Origin: Phoronis australis
Lineage: Eukaryota; Animalia; Phoronida
Reading direction: 5' to 3'
Length of the DNA stretch: 64,000 nt
Assembly (NCBI GenBank): GCA_002633005.1
Contig: NMRA01000082.1
Coordinates: 96,518-160,517 of the forward strand
Shown here in pieces: positions 14,073-27,723 of the stretch (the stretch's first letter is position 1; each line of letters begins with the position of its first letter). The notes below the pieces were generated by a model. That model made no database searches, was not told the origin of the DNA, and worked only from the letters and a program-made list of their open reading frames with translations. A program made the position numbers and the translations under genes.

Positions 14073-15283
14073 AGTCTCTGGGGGGCCTGTCAGTGGCCAG
14101 AACTTCAAGCACGAAAAGAATAGTTCTTGTGTAGATTATATGCAGCCCGTGCAACCTCACGCGACTACGAGGTGCTAAATTCTTTTAATACGTGAGCAAA
14201 CAACACCCTGTCGTTCCTGGCAAATAAAGTGTCGCCTGCCGTTCGACTCAGCATGGTAAAAAAGAAGAAAATGTATGATCGGAATTAGAAATGTAAACGA
14301 ACACGCGCGCGCGATTTGTTGTTTGAGCATAATGAAAAACCGACACAATTCTGCCTTGTACGATCTCACCAATAATGTCAGTCTTTGATTGCCTAAAGTA
14401 AACATTGACAAATTCGTTTAGCTGGCGCACACTTTTTGTGTGGCTCGCTAGGAATTGTTTTGCCAATTCTCTCGTGTTTATCTTTCAACTGCGTCCCGGG
14501 AGCAGGTTTGCAAGAAAGCTCCAACCTCGTTTCCAAAACCTGTCAATTCGAGTTATGTTGGCTTGGTTTACACGTCTTCTAGGTTGTTTCGTGGCGTCAG
14601 ATTTTTTATTATTCTCACTCTCTAAGAGGTTCATAGTAGCTGGTGTGCTTATGTTGGTCTTGTGGAGTTTTTATTANAGTCTCTGGGGGGCCTGTCAGTG
14701 GCCAGAACTTCAAGCACGAAAAGAATAGTTCTTGTGTAGATTATATGCAGCCCGTGCAACCTCACGCGACTACGAGGTGCTAAATTCTTTTAATACGTGA
14801 GCAAACAACACCCTGTCGTTCCTGGCAAATAAAGTGTCGCCTGCCGTTCGACTCAGCATGGTAAAAAAGAAGAAAATGTATGATCGGAATTAGAAATGTA
14901 AACGAACACGCGCGCGCGATTTGTTGTTTGAGCATAATGAAAAACCGACACAATTCTGCCTTGTACGATCTCACCAATAATGTCAGTCTTTGATTGCCAA
15001 AAGTAAACATTGACAAATTCGTTTAGCTGGCGCACACTTTTTGTGTGGCTCGCTAGGAATTGTTTTGCCAATTCTATCCGTGTTTATCTTTCAACTGCGT
15101 CCCGGGAGCAGGTTTGCAATAAAGCTTCAACCTCGTTTCCAAAACCTGTCAATTCTAGTTATGTTGGCTTGGTTTACACGTCTTCTAGGTTGTTTCGTGG
15201 CGTCAGATTTTTTTATTATTCTCACTCTCTAAGAGGTTCATAGTAGCTGGTGTGCTTATGTTGGTCTTGTGGAGTTTTCATTA
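14073..15283. repeat. Apparent ~604 bp tandem duplication around n14677 (likely assembly overlap)
   Basis: 14073-14676 is repeated from 14678 with roughly 1% differences. Confidence 0.9.
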
Positions 15284-18200
15284 GCGTTTAAAACTGAACG
15301 CGCGATGAGCGGAAGTTGAAAAAGATAAGATTAGAGAGCTCATACCAATAAAATAATCTACTAACTGTTTTCACGGTTAAGTACATTGTATATACATACA
15401 TGTTCAAAACATTTAACAATGTAGGGCAGTTGCTGGACAGTTTTGATTTAGCATAGTTGTGGGCGGTATGGTGGACCTGAGGAAAACTGCTTCACTGAGA
15501 ATAATAGCGTATACATTACCAGCGTTAGAAACTCAGGAGTTTATTCTCGGGGACGGGGGCCGAGAGGACCTGGTATCCGTGGAAAAAGGGACGGGAAACA
15601 TAGAGGAATCACCTAGTTTGAATTGGGTTGTGGAGAATCCGAAAATGGAAAGACCGACACGAAATCGATTCATCTTTTAGTGGAAGGATCCACGGAAATG
15701 TGATAACCAAAGCGTTAAATTTAGTTACGTATCTCCGAACTTGCTTGAACCGTCAGTTTAAGACCTAAAGTTTTAAGACTGCCCCAAGAGTTATCCTGCA
15801 GTCTGTTTTTGTTTCTCCGCGGGGTATTCCTTATCTACTATATCAATTTGTGTTTATGAAATAAAATATCTATACTGTGAATCCATACAATGAACATATT
15901 AAGACGTTCCATTTTTAGCCGAAACGTCATGTAAATGCACTGCTGAACGCTCAATCTGAAAGTACAAGAGAGAATGTATCTCTAACTTACTTTTTGGTCA
16001 GTGACCTCAACACTCTTTATCAAATTAAAATATATGTCAGTTATTGGAGTGTAGAGGTTGGCATCTCGTTTACTTCGATTACGGTTGTCAATTTGTGTTT
16101 ACTGAGAGTTCCTCGTTTCTTTTCCAGGTACTGCAGTGTTCTGTCACACATGCTGGTGAGTAAAAACCCTTTATACCGTAGTCTAAAATTCCATTTTTGT
16201 TTAAATGTGTTGAAAACTCCGCATGATTGAAATCTATGTGCACCTATCACGTGGAACCGAGCGATAGACAGTTTTTGTTTTCCTGCAGTAGAGGAGCGGC
16301 AAGCGTTTGTTCGGTGTTGGAACCTCAAGTTGTTTTCTTGGACCTGTCTGGAACTTCATCGGTTGCTCTGTTTCCGTTTTCGTAAATTTAACAGACGTTT
16401 AAAAAGGCAAAGACTTATTTCACAAACAGACATTGTCTGCTTAAATGGAAATTCAAGGTTGACGTTTCTCTTGAATATCAACTTTCTCTGGTTTGGTTTG
16501 CAGTGAATGAACAGTTTCATTTGTGCTAATTAGCATCTTGAAAATTTTTCATTAGATTCGTTGTGGAAAAATTTTGTTTTGTTGCTGTCGACTGATGAAA
16601 TGAAATCACCATTTGAAATATGGACTTGACAAAAGACTAATTTAAAACCTAATTTGCATGTGAGCCTACACCATTTGCTGCAATGTTATGCGAACGTCAA
16701 CATATGCGTTTAATATATTTCTTAATCAGGGACTTATTGATACATTTGTAACACTCTCACCTGACGCCATATTGTATCTCATCATTTAAACCGCATTGTT
16801 ACCGTATTTCGTTCGTACACCATTGCAGACGCAAGTTACATTTTCTAAGTCTAAGCAACTCAATTAATAGAGAAATGGAGATACATGTATCTGTATCATC
16901 TTCAATCAGTGCCGTCTAACCAGTTCTTAGAAGGTCATAATTCAAGGAAATTAATGTGAACTATTCCACAATATGGACTGCACAAGACGCTGATTTTTTT
17001 TTTTTTTTTTTTTTTTACTTGCACCTACGTTTTATGCCATTAATACTGGTTCAAGTGCATGCCTCGTGCTTCATTCCGGATATAGATTACATCTCACGTC
17101 ATATTCACCTACAGTCAATAGCTGCATATTCTGGTTATAGCCAGCGGCAGTTTAGAAAGCACTCTGAAACCTCGATCCTCTAAATTACGCATTCGGTGCA
17201 AAAAGGCGCATTGTAATACCTCTAATCGTAGTCGATTTTGTTAATAGAAAGGATCACAGCGCTAATAGAAACTGGGAATGAGTGTGTTGAGGTTAACAAA
17301 AGCCTAATTAAGAATGCATGTAATTGACACTGAGCTGTCACACGAGTTGCACTCGTTTGAAAAAAGACGAAGCCCTGGCTTCAGTCGGAAACGTTACGGT
17401 GATTCGAGTCCCTCTCGGTTACATTGTTACTCCCATGATGCACTGTTTTCGCGACCCGAACCCATTAAAAAGCAGTTTAGGAACATGTAAAGCTACGGCA
17501 GACATGGCAAAGCTGAAAATGCAATTGGTAAATGTGTATGTAGTCGATTAGGCTATAGCAGCCTTGAGACGATTCTCATGCCCTTGACTAAGTTCACAGT
17601 AAGTTAAAACTGATTATCTTTATTCCGCTTCTTTCTTTCCGTTGGCGCCGGGACTTTGGGTGTTGCCTTCTAGTTTTACACAAAGTAACACAAAGTAAGC
17701 ACTCAAAATCTTGTCGATGACTACGCTTTGGCAACGCAGTGTAAGCACTCGCGAAACTGACAGTCGCACGAGATACAGTCTTGTCTGCGTCTCACAGGTG
17801 AGCAGACGACCTCACGTGACCTCATCAGGTTAGAGACAGCTAGCGTTCACATATGACATCTGACCAGAATACACAACAGACGGCTGATCAGTTGTATGAA
17901 AACATTTTCACGTGTGAAAGCTCGTTATATGTCTGTTCTGCCTTCTTATCTTCCTTCCCCAAAATCAGAAGGCAGATCTGTCCTTTCCCGTAAGAAGCCT
18001 ACATACCAGTGACGTAACATGTCCACCCGTGGAGATAGCATTACAAGGCCTAGTGATTACCAGAACATTAGCATGTTATACATTAATGTTATGCTAACTG
18101 GTCATAAGATGGCAGATAGGACGCTTATATTTAACACGCTAATTCTGCCGTCTACATATTTACAAAAATGCCGTATCTGAGCGAGTGAACGCGATAGCAT

Positions 18201-19034
18201 TCAACTGTGTCTCTTGGCGGCAATTGTGTGTCCGAAATAATTGCAGATTGCACCTGGCCCATGTCCGCTAGGAGTCGTATAGGACCTATTGAATGAAAAT
18301 AACCTCTCTGGATTGTTTTGACCACCTTATCGATTTTAGACACGATAAAACGTCCTTCGTGGCCACAAATTCATAATCAATAAAACGACTTTGACAAGTT
18401 TCGATAAAAACGACATTCCGTGATTAAATCTGCAGAACTTGCCACTGCTCGTCTCCAGCCGAGGACCCTTGTAACGAAATGGACTCACGAGTTGTCAAAT
18501 GATTATCTATAGGGTAAAACACCGGTCTTCAAGATAAGAACATTCTTAACTCTCGTGGCGTATTAAATATATAAACACCTGTGTCATTGGTGTCATTGTT
18601 GTTTATAAAATTAAAATACATTGCATTACATAGCATTGCGTCATATTTAAAACATAACTGATGTAGGTATGGCCAACGACATAGAAACAACAATTCAACA
18701 CTTCACACCAAAAATTTCGGCTTTCTATTTGGTTTATTGTCTAGAAAATCATTGTGTTTTCTCGGTTTAACAATAAATTGACTTTGAAAGTTTTATTGTT
18801 AGATTGTGTTAACAGTTCAAAGCTTTATGGGTGTTTTGATTATCGTTTTGAGCCAGTACCGTTTGCTTTGTTTTTTTCGATTGACGATCCTGATATTACA
18901 TGTGATAATTCTGTGGACCGAATACAGAACATTGGCTGCTCTAAGACTAGACCACAAACTTGATATATTCCTGTTCGAAATTTTACACTTAGGCGTGACA
19001 TAATTATTTTTGCGTAGAACTTTTATCTAAAATG

Positions 19035-19177
19035 CATAGGCGGACCCGGACCGTCCCCCCCTTTTCCCTTGATTTTAGTGACATCATATCTAGAATTTTC
19101 AAATTGTCGACTTGGCCCCTCTATTTAAAAAACCCTTGATCCGACCCCACTTTTAAAAAATCGTGGATCCGCCTCTG
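19035..19177. mobile_element. Short MITE with CAnAGGCGGA(T/C)CC TIRs
   Basis: cataggcggaccc ... ggatccgcctctg; a smaller related element lies at ~6405-6486. Confidence 0.6.
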
Positions 19178-19477
19178 AAAGGCCACAGTATGTTCAGGTA
19201 ATGAATTTGAAATATAGGCAATTACATTTTATGGAAGTGAAGCTTGGTCCGAAATTTATGTTTCCCACGTAACGAATACGCGCAACAAAATAGCGTATTT
19301 TTCTGCATGATACAGCAATGGATAAAAGGATTAGCTGACAAATAATAATTTTCAACCAATGCTATGACGAGTTGTGTAGATTCCGCGCGCTCTTACGTGT
19401 ACTATGCGCACACTAGCGGGTAATTGTCATCGATCAGAGGAACACTTGAAATGTTGAATCTCACTAACGACATATTA

Positions 19478-19690
19478 TATGCGCGCACACAGCCTAAAAT
19501 GAATTTTTGCGAATATTTACCTTTTGATAAGATTCACTGGGTACGTTCCGAGCTATGATTGTGTATTCGCCGAATTTTGATAGTTCCTCCCTTTTTAGTG
19601 GACTTTTGTTTCGTTTTCTACTTTTTTGGGGTGTTTTGTCTCTGAGGCGGACCTTTCTTCCCTCTTCTCCAAATGGGGGCTCGAATAGAC
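19478..19690 (+). mobile_element. Truncated third copy of the CATGCGCGCACCC MITE
   Basis: atgcgcgcacacagcctaaaat...cgccgaattttg...tctctgaggcggacctt aligns with 5853-6080; the right TIR is missing. Confidence 0.7.
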
Positions 19691-22600
19691 ACGAGGATAA
19701 AGCATTAGATATTTGTAAAACACTGACATTAATCTGAGTCATTTTACTATAATCGGTATGCAGACGTACTTTTCCGCTGCACCTTAATTTGTCCGAAACT
19801 TAAATTTAGAAAGTAGCGCATTGTATAAACGCGAGGCATTTATTTTATGGTATTTTGGAATTCGCGCAACACGTGTGAACTAGAATGATATTCCAGTAAT
19901 GAAAATTGATTGGTCAGTTTTAAAAATGTGTGATATACCTGCCCAGGTATGCAGAAACATAAATGCTAATTTGCTAAGTTCGTGTTGCGTGTCACGTGGA
20001 TGAATTTGTTGATATCCAGCCTAAGAACATGGACAACACATCCTATTTCGTTTCGCTTGCACTTCGAGGTAGAACTGAGGCCAAGACAATCAATACGAAC
20101 AAATTAGTTCTGTAAATTGGTAATTGCCGATAGAATTTGCGATTAATTGTTTTTGAACGTGCCTGGATGCGTCGTTCGCTTTCCAGCTCATTTTCAGTAA
20201 CCTGGGATTGCCGTTATAAGCCTTTTTCGAGGTCAGATTTCCACGCCTGCTGACATTCAATAGTTTTCTACGCTCAGTCGTTAGTCTCCGATTTTAACTG
20301 TCCTGAAAATTGAAACTTTGTTGGCGTATTGGGGGCAGCTTTTGAAAATTTTCTCCAAAATGTACGCGGAATCGTATGACATTCCTTTCGAAATATTTCC
20401 AGGATGCTCGGTTTCACGTTTTCGATTTTTTTCATATACAGCATAAGATGATGATCGTAAAAGATCTCTCAATGATGACGTTGAAAACAAAGCAATTAAG
20501 AAACTATGATTTGAACCTTTTTAACCCCATTTGTAGTTCACTGTTGATTTTCTGGCTTTGAGTTATGTCAGTGTTTAGCCAAGGATGAGCGCGCAAATAG
20601 GACAACCTTTACGTCACAGATCAAGGTTTTGAATAACAAAATTACAGTAGTCTTCACGACCTTTCACAGTGACTTTAAAATGAGGTTGGTTTTCATACTG
20701 TGTGAGAAGTTCAACAGAATGATGAATGGCGTTGAAATCTTATCCAGTTTCATGAAAGATTAGCACTTTTTCAGCAAGCAGGCGCGTTTTTGAATAAAAA
20801 TAGTTTTCGGCTGTTGTGCGTTTACGTTCCTTTATTGTTTAGGTGGCCATCTGTTTTCAGATATTTGAGTACACCAAAGTGTGCTTTACAATTCGAGCCA
20901 ATTTATCAGCGATAGCATTTGACCTTAATGTTTTAATTTCTTGAGATGCTTTGTTGGACCGGTTGCATAAAAGTGACGCTTTTACTGCGTTGTGTCAATC
21001 TACCTCCGGAGAAATATATATGAAATTAATACCACACAGCGTCTGAATTTAGTGCATTTCAACCAACCTAAACAAGCACTAGTTTGAATAGGTTAAAATG
21101 TGGTCGATGTCAGTTTAATAGCTGTTGTAACGAATCCGTAGACTTCCACGTTGTTTCGCAAAATGAGTGTAGAGATGCGTCAATATCATGTCTCTCCAAT
21201 CAAATTGTTAGTGTTATCGTACGTTTGAGTCTTTCTTTTCAGTCGTCGAGAACAGAAATTATTCACTGTTTGCCATTGAGATTTATTTCGCTCATAGTCA
21301 AGCACACGATGCTGTTATTACCCGTCGACACAGTTCACCAAGGCGAACAAGGTTGTAAAATTCTATGAATTCGTTCATCCGTCGCTAATCGCCATTTCAT
21401 CATTTCTAACGTGCATTTGATGATTTCAAGATATTGTAACCCACCAGAGAGTCGTATGGTACATTTTGACAATTCGCAGAACGAAAGTGACACCCTGTCG
21501 CACACTGCAGTAAACAAAAAGCGAAGCTCTTTCACCGTGACGACGTTTGGGGAATTTGTCCCCGTTTCTATTCTTAGATTAGTTTACGTATCGCACGTTA
21601 GGGTCACTGGCCGCCATGTGCTAGCAAATGTATTTCTTCACAAGGCCTACGAACTACTAAAAGTCAAACAATGGACGAACTTTGTCGTACCATTTCCATA
21701 TTTAATTAATTTAACATAGAATGTCCAAAGCCGTCAACTGTGATAACAACTTGAATAAAATTGCAAGAAATATAAGACGAGGGTCGACATAATACTCGAG
21801 GTCTCGACCATTGCCCTCCCTTAAAGCGAGGGAAAGAGAAATGCCCGAAAATTGTTTTTCATCTCAATTTATACCGAAGCTCGTCTTGGCGTGTATATTA
21901 CCGTTTTACTCCTATATTATTTTTCTTATTTCATCCTGACTTAAAGTAGCCACGAATCCGTAAGAATATACAATTTTCGATTTAGTCAGAGTCTCCGTTA
22001 CTGGTCTCGAATTGCTGCTTAGTTGGCATGATTCTAGACGTGGATATCACTCACAGTTCGTTAGTGCTTGCGACTAGTTCTAGTTCTACAAGCTGACTGG
22101 TCAAGGCGTGTTATTTCATTCTCCGACCAATGTCTCGAACAATAAAGAAACGTCCATCGTTTGCAAGTTATAATTTTTGACTGCAAATAGCTAATTCCCT
22201 CCATTGTCTGCCAAGTATTCGTTGAAACCATGTTTTCCAGTTAAATATTTTTAAAATACTCTGGCGTTTACTGAATAGGATTTACATGTAGTGCAGTTGC
22301 AGAGTGTCTGGCTGCGAAGCGAAAAAAAATCGGGCACTGTTCCGCGTGGGGATTAATCTCAGAAACGCAAACTTTCTTGACGATAGTATCTCTGTGAATC
22401 GTTACAAAAAGATATTTACACGGAGGATAACATCTGAGTTAGCCAAGGTAGTGTCTAATGATGGCAGTCTGAAAATAACGGGTTTTTTCATTTGCGTCTC
22501 GACATTACATCATTTTATTGCAGTAGCGACTTGTACATAAAGCGAAATTTTGTCTAAGTGTCATCAGCTTATTATTTTTGCATTTTTAACTTATTCTTGC

Positions 22601-24464
22601 CTTGATGACGAAGTAAAGCATGTTTTGTACGCGTGTCAAGGCCGGAAACTGGACTCATCATGGATGTTTCCCGTGATCTCAAAAAAGGTGGGAGTTATTC
22701 GAGCCAGTTACGCAAGCTTATCGCCATCTTAGGAATTCGCCGGGACGTCGTATTTCTGGCATGCCCACCAGGTGCGTCTGAATGAGATGAACTCGCGTAG
22801 CTGCAAATGTTTAGCAGCTGTACTTGCCGAATGTTTTGGAGAGGCTACGAATATTTTTGCGAGATTGTCAGTTATTTTTGCCCCCTTGCTATTACGATCG
22901 AATAACGTTCCCAAACACTAAAGTTTGTGTGTACCTTTCGCCAAGGAATTTGACCCTTTGACTAGAGCAATCGTTCGTACACATGACGATGACGACGATG
23001 ATGATTATGGCGGTGAAGTAGTTATGGATAGCACAATTACGATGCCGGAGCATGACGTAATAGAAACAAAGTCTGTTTGATAAGTGGGCGCTGTCCCACC
23101 ACACTTCTAGTCCGCTAGTGAAAGTTTTCATCGAAGCACCTGTTTAAATTGTTAACGTTTATCGGACGAGATGGGCTTCTAATCTATGCCTGACTTTTCT
23201 CGGCCAGGAATTCGAGTAAGTTTTCTTATTATTTAGGCCGTAGGTTACGAATGACTGCTCAGCCGTCGGCGGGGTTACTTGGGGTCAACAGCCCAGCGGA
23301 ATTGGGTTTGCATATCATTACAAATATTTCATTTTAAGAAGCTTTTTAAAAATTTTGTTTTGGTCTCGGAAAACGGCAGGTACTGTAACACGACAAACAG
23401 TTTCTGGTGGAACACATGAAATTATATTGCACAAAATTTCTGATGCCTAAAATGACATCCGATCCTTTCGCAATTGAAAACGTTTTCTATTACCTTTTAC
23501 TCCGATGACGAATCAGTTTCGTTAGCTCTTATTTAATTTAAATGCAGATGACTTGAAAATCTGTCTCATGACTGCGAAAAATATGAGACATGGTTTTCAT
23601 TAGGACAAATCGACTTATTGAGAAACTAAACAGATTAGAAAAGCCATTTATTTCGTGCCCTTTGAGTTTCTGTCGGTCTCATCCGATATGGTGGTCTTTT
23701 GAAAGCGATATCAAATACCAGCTTCATTGGTTTGCTCACACGCTTAACCGATATTTCGACGTTAAAGTGAACAGTTAGAGTAATAGGTGTATTTAGATTT
23801 CAGATTTGTCGTCTCGTTCGGAGATCCTTGATTGATTGGACTTCTGTTTTGAAAAGTGGCAGATGACACTTGCATTATTCGGAAGTTAAAGTCTGAATTT
23901 TAACTCAATTTGTCTGCGTGCCCTGTGAGCTTTTTCTTAATACGTTACCTTCCGTTTGCGAGTCTAGCAATTAAAGTATTAGAACATTCTTGCTGCAATA
24001 CGCATCTTGTTTTTTGCCCGTATTAGTCTTTCTTACGTGCGCTGGGCGGTGGATCTTTCATCCTCTGTTCAAGAATAAAATTGGATTTAACTGATTTCCG
24101 AAAACAAATTGAATTTGAGTTCAACTTTGCTTAGTACCTCACGTGAATCTTTTAAAAAATTACACGCATTACATTCAGGCTTCTCGCAGACCTAACTAAA
24201 TTAAAGATGTACAGTACGAGTGAGGAAACATGAAATTTAATTTTAAAACACCTTGAGGGACCCTAAACTGAATCAACCAGTCAGACGTTACCGCGTTGAA
24301 AACAAGCCATAACACATAAACTGCCTCGTAAAAATCATCATTATATTAAATTGCAGACCTCCATTCACTCCGACACTTAAGATAACACATCTGATATTTC
24401 ACATTGAAAAGAAAATTATGGGTTTGCTAGCATATTTGCCACCGCTCTCTGTAAATCTTTTTAG

Positions 24465-24498
24465 CGAAGCATTTCAGTCGCGGTTCAGTTACAGCAAG
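24465..24498 (+). CDS. Three-VWA protein exon 2 (34 nt, RSISVAVQLQQ)
   Basis: Acceptor ctttttag| and donor CAAG|gtatgc; phase 0 to 1 exactly bridges exon 1 and exon 3. Confidence 0.7.
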
Positions 24499-24871
24499 GT
24501 ATGCATTTCAGGCTTATTGCCACTTACAAGGATCCCAAATTTTGAGAACCAGTTTTCCGTACTGAATACCGCGCATCAGACTGGTTCTCAAAAACTGGCA
24601 TCTCCCTGCATGTGACTATAGCCCATTAGAAATCAATTATCCGTGAAAAGATCACACTGAAAGTATACCTTACAACGAAACTGTCAAGAATTAGCGAAAG
24701 TCTCTAAAACCGTCAACAAATTGTAATACTTTGAACGTGAGCAAAGCCCAGCTCTTAACATGCTGACGATGCTGTAATTCAAAGTGGATTTACACCCAAT
24801 TGAGCAAAAATATATATTGCCTCGCTTGCAATTCACCAAAAGTTATTTCGGAATCACTTTGTTCATTTTAG

Positions 24872-25462
24872 CCCCACACACCACAACAGATGCAGCACAG
24901 AAATGCGTTGGGAAACCGGCCGACATCGTCTTCGTCATGGACAGTTCCAGCAGCATATATCCGCGTGACTTCCGGAAGCAGCGCAAGTTCGTGCAGAGTG
25001 TCATCAACATCTTTCCCATTGCGCATGACAAGATGAGGGTTGGCGTCCTGTCATACAGCAACTATCCCCAGCCTCATTTTGGGCTGAAAGCATTCAACGA
25101 CAAGTCTGATATGAAAGGAGCCATTCATGAAATCCAGCAGACAGGAGGCGACACTGCTACAGACAAGGCAATCGAGTTCATGCACAACACGTACTTCAAC
25201 GAAACCCGTAAAGACGTTCCTAAGATTGGCATCATTATTACGGATGGTGAATCCGATAAGCCAGAGTTGACTGCCGAGGCGGCTAAAAAGGCCCAACATG
25301 CCGGCATTCATTTGTTCGCAATTGGGGTCGGCAAGAGCGTCAATCGGCAGGAACTTCTGGCTATTGCCAGTGAGCCAAAGGAACAGAATATGTACATGGT
25401 GGACAAATTTGCGCAACTGGAACGAAAGGTCAAGGACGATCTTGCTATCAGAGCCTGTGAAG
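24872..25462 (+). CDS. Three-VWA protein exon 3: VWA domain 1 (matrilin/collagen VI-like)
   Basis: C..PADIVFVMDSSSSI (MIDAS DxSxS), GGDTAT, IIITDGES, LFAIGVG, ending RACE. Acceptor ttttag| and donor GAAG|gtaatt, phase 1-1. Confidence 0.93.
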
Positions 25463-25910
25463 GTAATTTACGTATTTCAATTTCATTTAGTCTCATTTCT
25501 GCATATTCCGGTTACCCAATGGAAGACTTCATTTGAAATAACAACAAATCTGCTAGGTTTCCTATTAAGAGTGACAACATTTCAGAAAAATCAGTCGCTT
25601 TCAAAGTAACTCCGCTTACGAGTTTCAATCGATAACACGTGGAATGGTGTCAAAAGTTTTTTTTCTATAAATGACGAAGATTAGAAGCGAGTGCTGTTTT
25701 TGATTGATTGGGCAAAAAATGGCGGATGTTCTATTACAACATAATCAAGGCAAATTCAATCAAGAAATGAGCCAAATCGTGCCGCTGTAGTCAAAAAAGT
25801 CGCACACACGCGCCTGGAATGTTGCAAGCCGTGCGCACAAGACATGACCAATTAGCGAAAACCACACGGACGCACGCGAGGTTAATGTCAACTTCCGTTT
25901 GATTTTACAG

Positions 25911-26030
25911 TTAAAAGCCCAGTGAATGATGACAACAAAGTGGCGTTTGTACCCCCACCGGTTGTGTCACACGCCCCTCCTCCTAGGACGTGGCGAAAGA
26001 AGAAGCCTCCTACTGTTGTGACCATTGAAG
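25911..26030 (+). CDS. Three-VWA protein exon 4: Pro-rich basic linker
   Basis: ttttacag| ... GAAG|gtaagt; 120 nt, phase 1-1, open frame VKSPVNDDNKVAFVPPPVVSHAPPPRTWRKKKPPTVVTIE. Confidence 0.85.
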
Positions 26031-26810
26031 GTAAGTAAATTAGGGGCATCGTGCTATTTAGGTTCGACATATGTCTTGCAGTGTAGAGATATAAAAGAAA
26101 CTGATTTAAATCGAAAATGTGTCACTTATTATAACAGAATATTCCTGAAATATATGTTTCGATTTCTAGTATGTGCGGAAAAGTGTAGATTTCGTTGAGG
26201 AATTTTTTCCCTGTGACGTTGACACAGTGTAAGTCCCAAGTGGCTGTCTGGATAATACGGTGATACGCTGCCTGTGTTCAATCAAATATTCCTAAGGTTT
26301 TCTAAGTACACGTTTACCAAAAAACGAAATTTGCTGTTCGTTTCTTGCTACTTATTTCCCTTGATGAGTTTCGGTGGTTCAAAACCAACTAAAGAGACAC
26401 CAGGCTCTTTTAATTAATCGTTTGATTAAACAATGCCTCAAACGCATATTCATGTATAATTAAAAAGTAGTTTTTCTTTAATTTGGAGCATTGGTACAAG
26501 TCTGCACATGTTAGTCATTAACTTACTTCTGCGCTCCCCACATCTTTTATCGCGAGATAGAACGAAGTTGCGAAGTATGCATGGACTTGACGCACACATG
26601 TAGACGTGTCGACACGCCCCACTCAACTACTGAATAAATACTATACATACTTCGCTTATCTAAGTCTGCGGTAGCAGTAAATGATTTACGATACATTACG
26701 AGTTCATACATCAGACAATTTTGCTCAGCAGTGATAGTTCTTATTTCTCCTATATATTTCGGTAACCGGTGGAAGACCTCAATAATGCTGTATCTTCAAA
26801 CATCTTTCAG

Positions 26811-27392
26811 AGGCCTGTCAGAAGTCCCCAGCCGATCTCGTCTTCGTTCTTGATTCGTCGACCTCCATCTGGGGACCAGATTTCAAGCGAATGAAAACAT
26901 TTCTTCAGTCTATGATCGACATCTTCATCATCTCGAAAAATCTCACCCAGGTCAGCGTGCTCACGTTTAGCGACGGCGTCCATAACGAGTACAACCTGAA
27001 CTCGTACTCAGACAAGGATCGGATGCTGAACCACGTTGGGTTCATTCGCCAAATCTACGGCGGAACAAACACAGCAAAGGCAATCAAGTACATGAGAACC
27101 GAATCCTTCTCCAAGAAAAATGGCGCGCGTGACGACGTCCCGCACATTGGCGTCGTACTCACCGACGGCAAGTCATGGGACAAGCCCCGCACTATCAAGG
27201 AAGCGTCACTAGCTCACGAGGCCGGCATTCACATGATCTCCATTGGGATTGGTGAATTCGTGGACCAAGAAGAGGTCGACCTGATCGCTACGCCATCTGA
27301 TTCCAAGGCAGAGAAGAACAGCTTCCATCTGAAAAACTTCAAGGCGCTCGACAAAGCCTTCAGAGAAAAGCTTGCCATCAAGACTTGCCTGT
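26811..27392 (+). CDS. Three-VWA protein exon 5: VWA domain 2
   Basis: ctttcag| EACQKSPADLVFVLDSSTSI (MIDAS), GGTNT, VVLTDGKS, ISIGIG, ending KTCL; donor T|gtatgt, phase 1. Confidence 0.93.
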
Positions 27393-27723
27393 GTATGTTT
27401 TCAAAAGCTTGTTGACGGAATTGTGCCTTTTATGTTGTCTAAAGCATGACGTGTCTTCTATTACAATCACCAGATATTTAAAGTTATCTTGTAGTATTTC
27501 TTTTTTCAACGTCGTGGTGTCTTTGGTGTCTAACAACAGTCGCATGATTTTAAGCAATGTTTTAAGGTTTTCACCTTTATTTCAATTTCAAATGTGTCTG
27601 TCAGTCTTCTCTGTGGTTTGCACGGCTGTTCTAAATGTACCTATATGTGTATTGGCGAGAGCTGTGTACGCATTAGATACTAACACGCATTGCTATATAG
27701 ATGTTGTGTTTTGTGTTTTACAG

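Noticed and set aside
14175-15243. Twin ORFs (14175/14780, 14248/14853; also 7335/7744, 32666/33447, 38255/38549) as duplicated genes
   Set aside because: They arise from the n-centred duplications and have no recognisable domains or supporting splice structure.
24843-25496. Minus-strand ORFs over VWA exons and plus-strand ORFs over the TRIM CDS
   Set aside because: These are shadow frames of real coding sequence.
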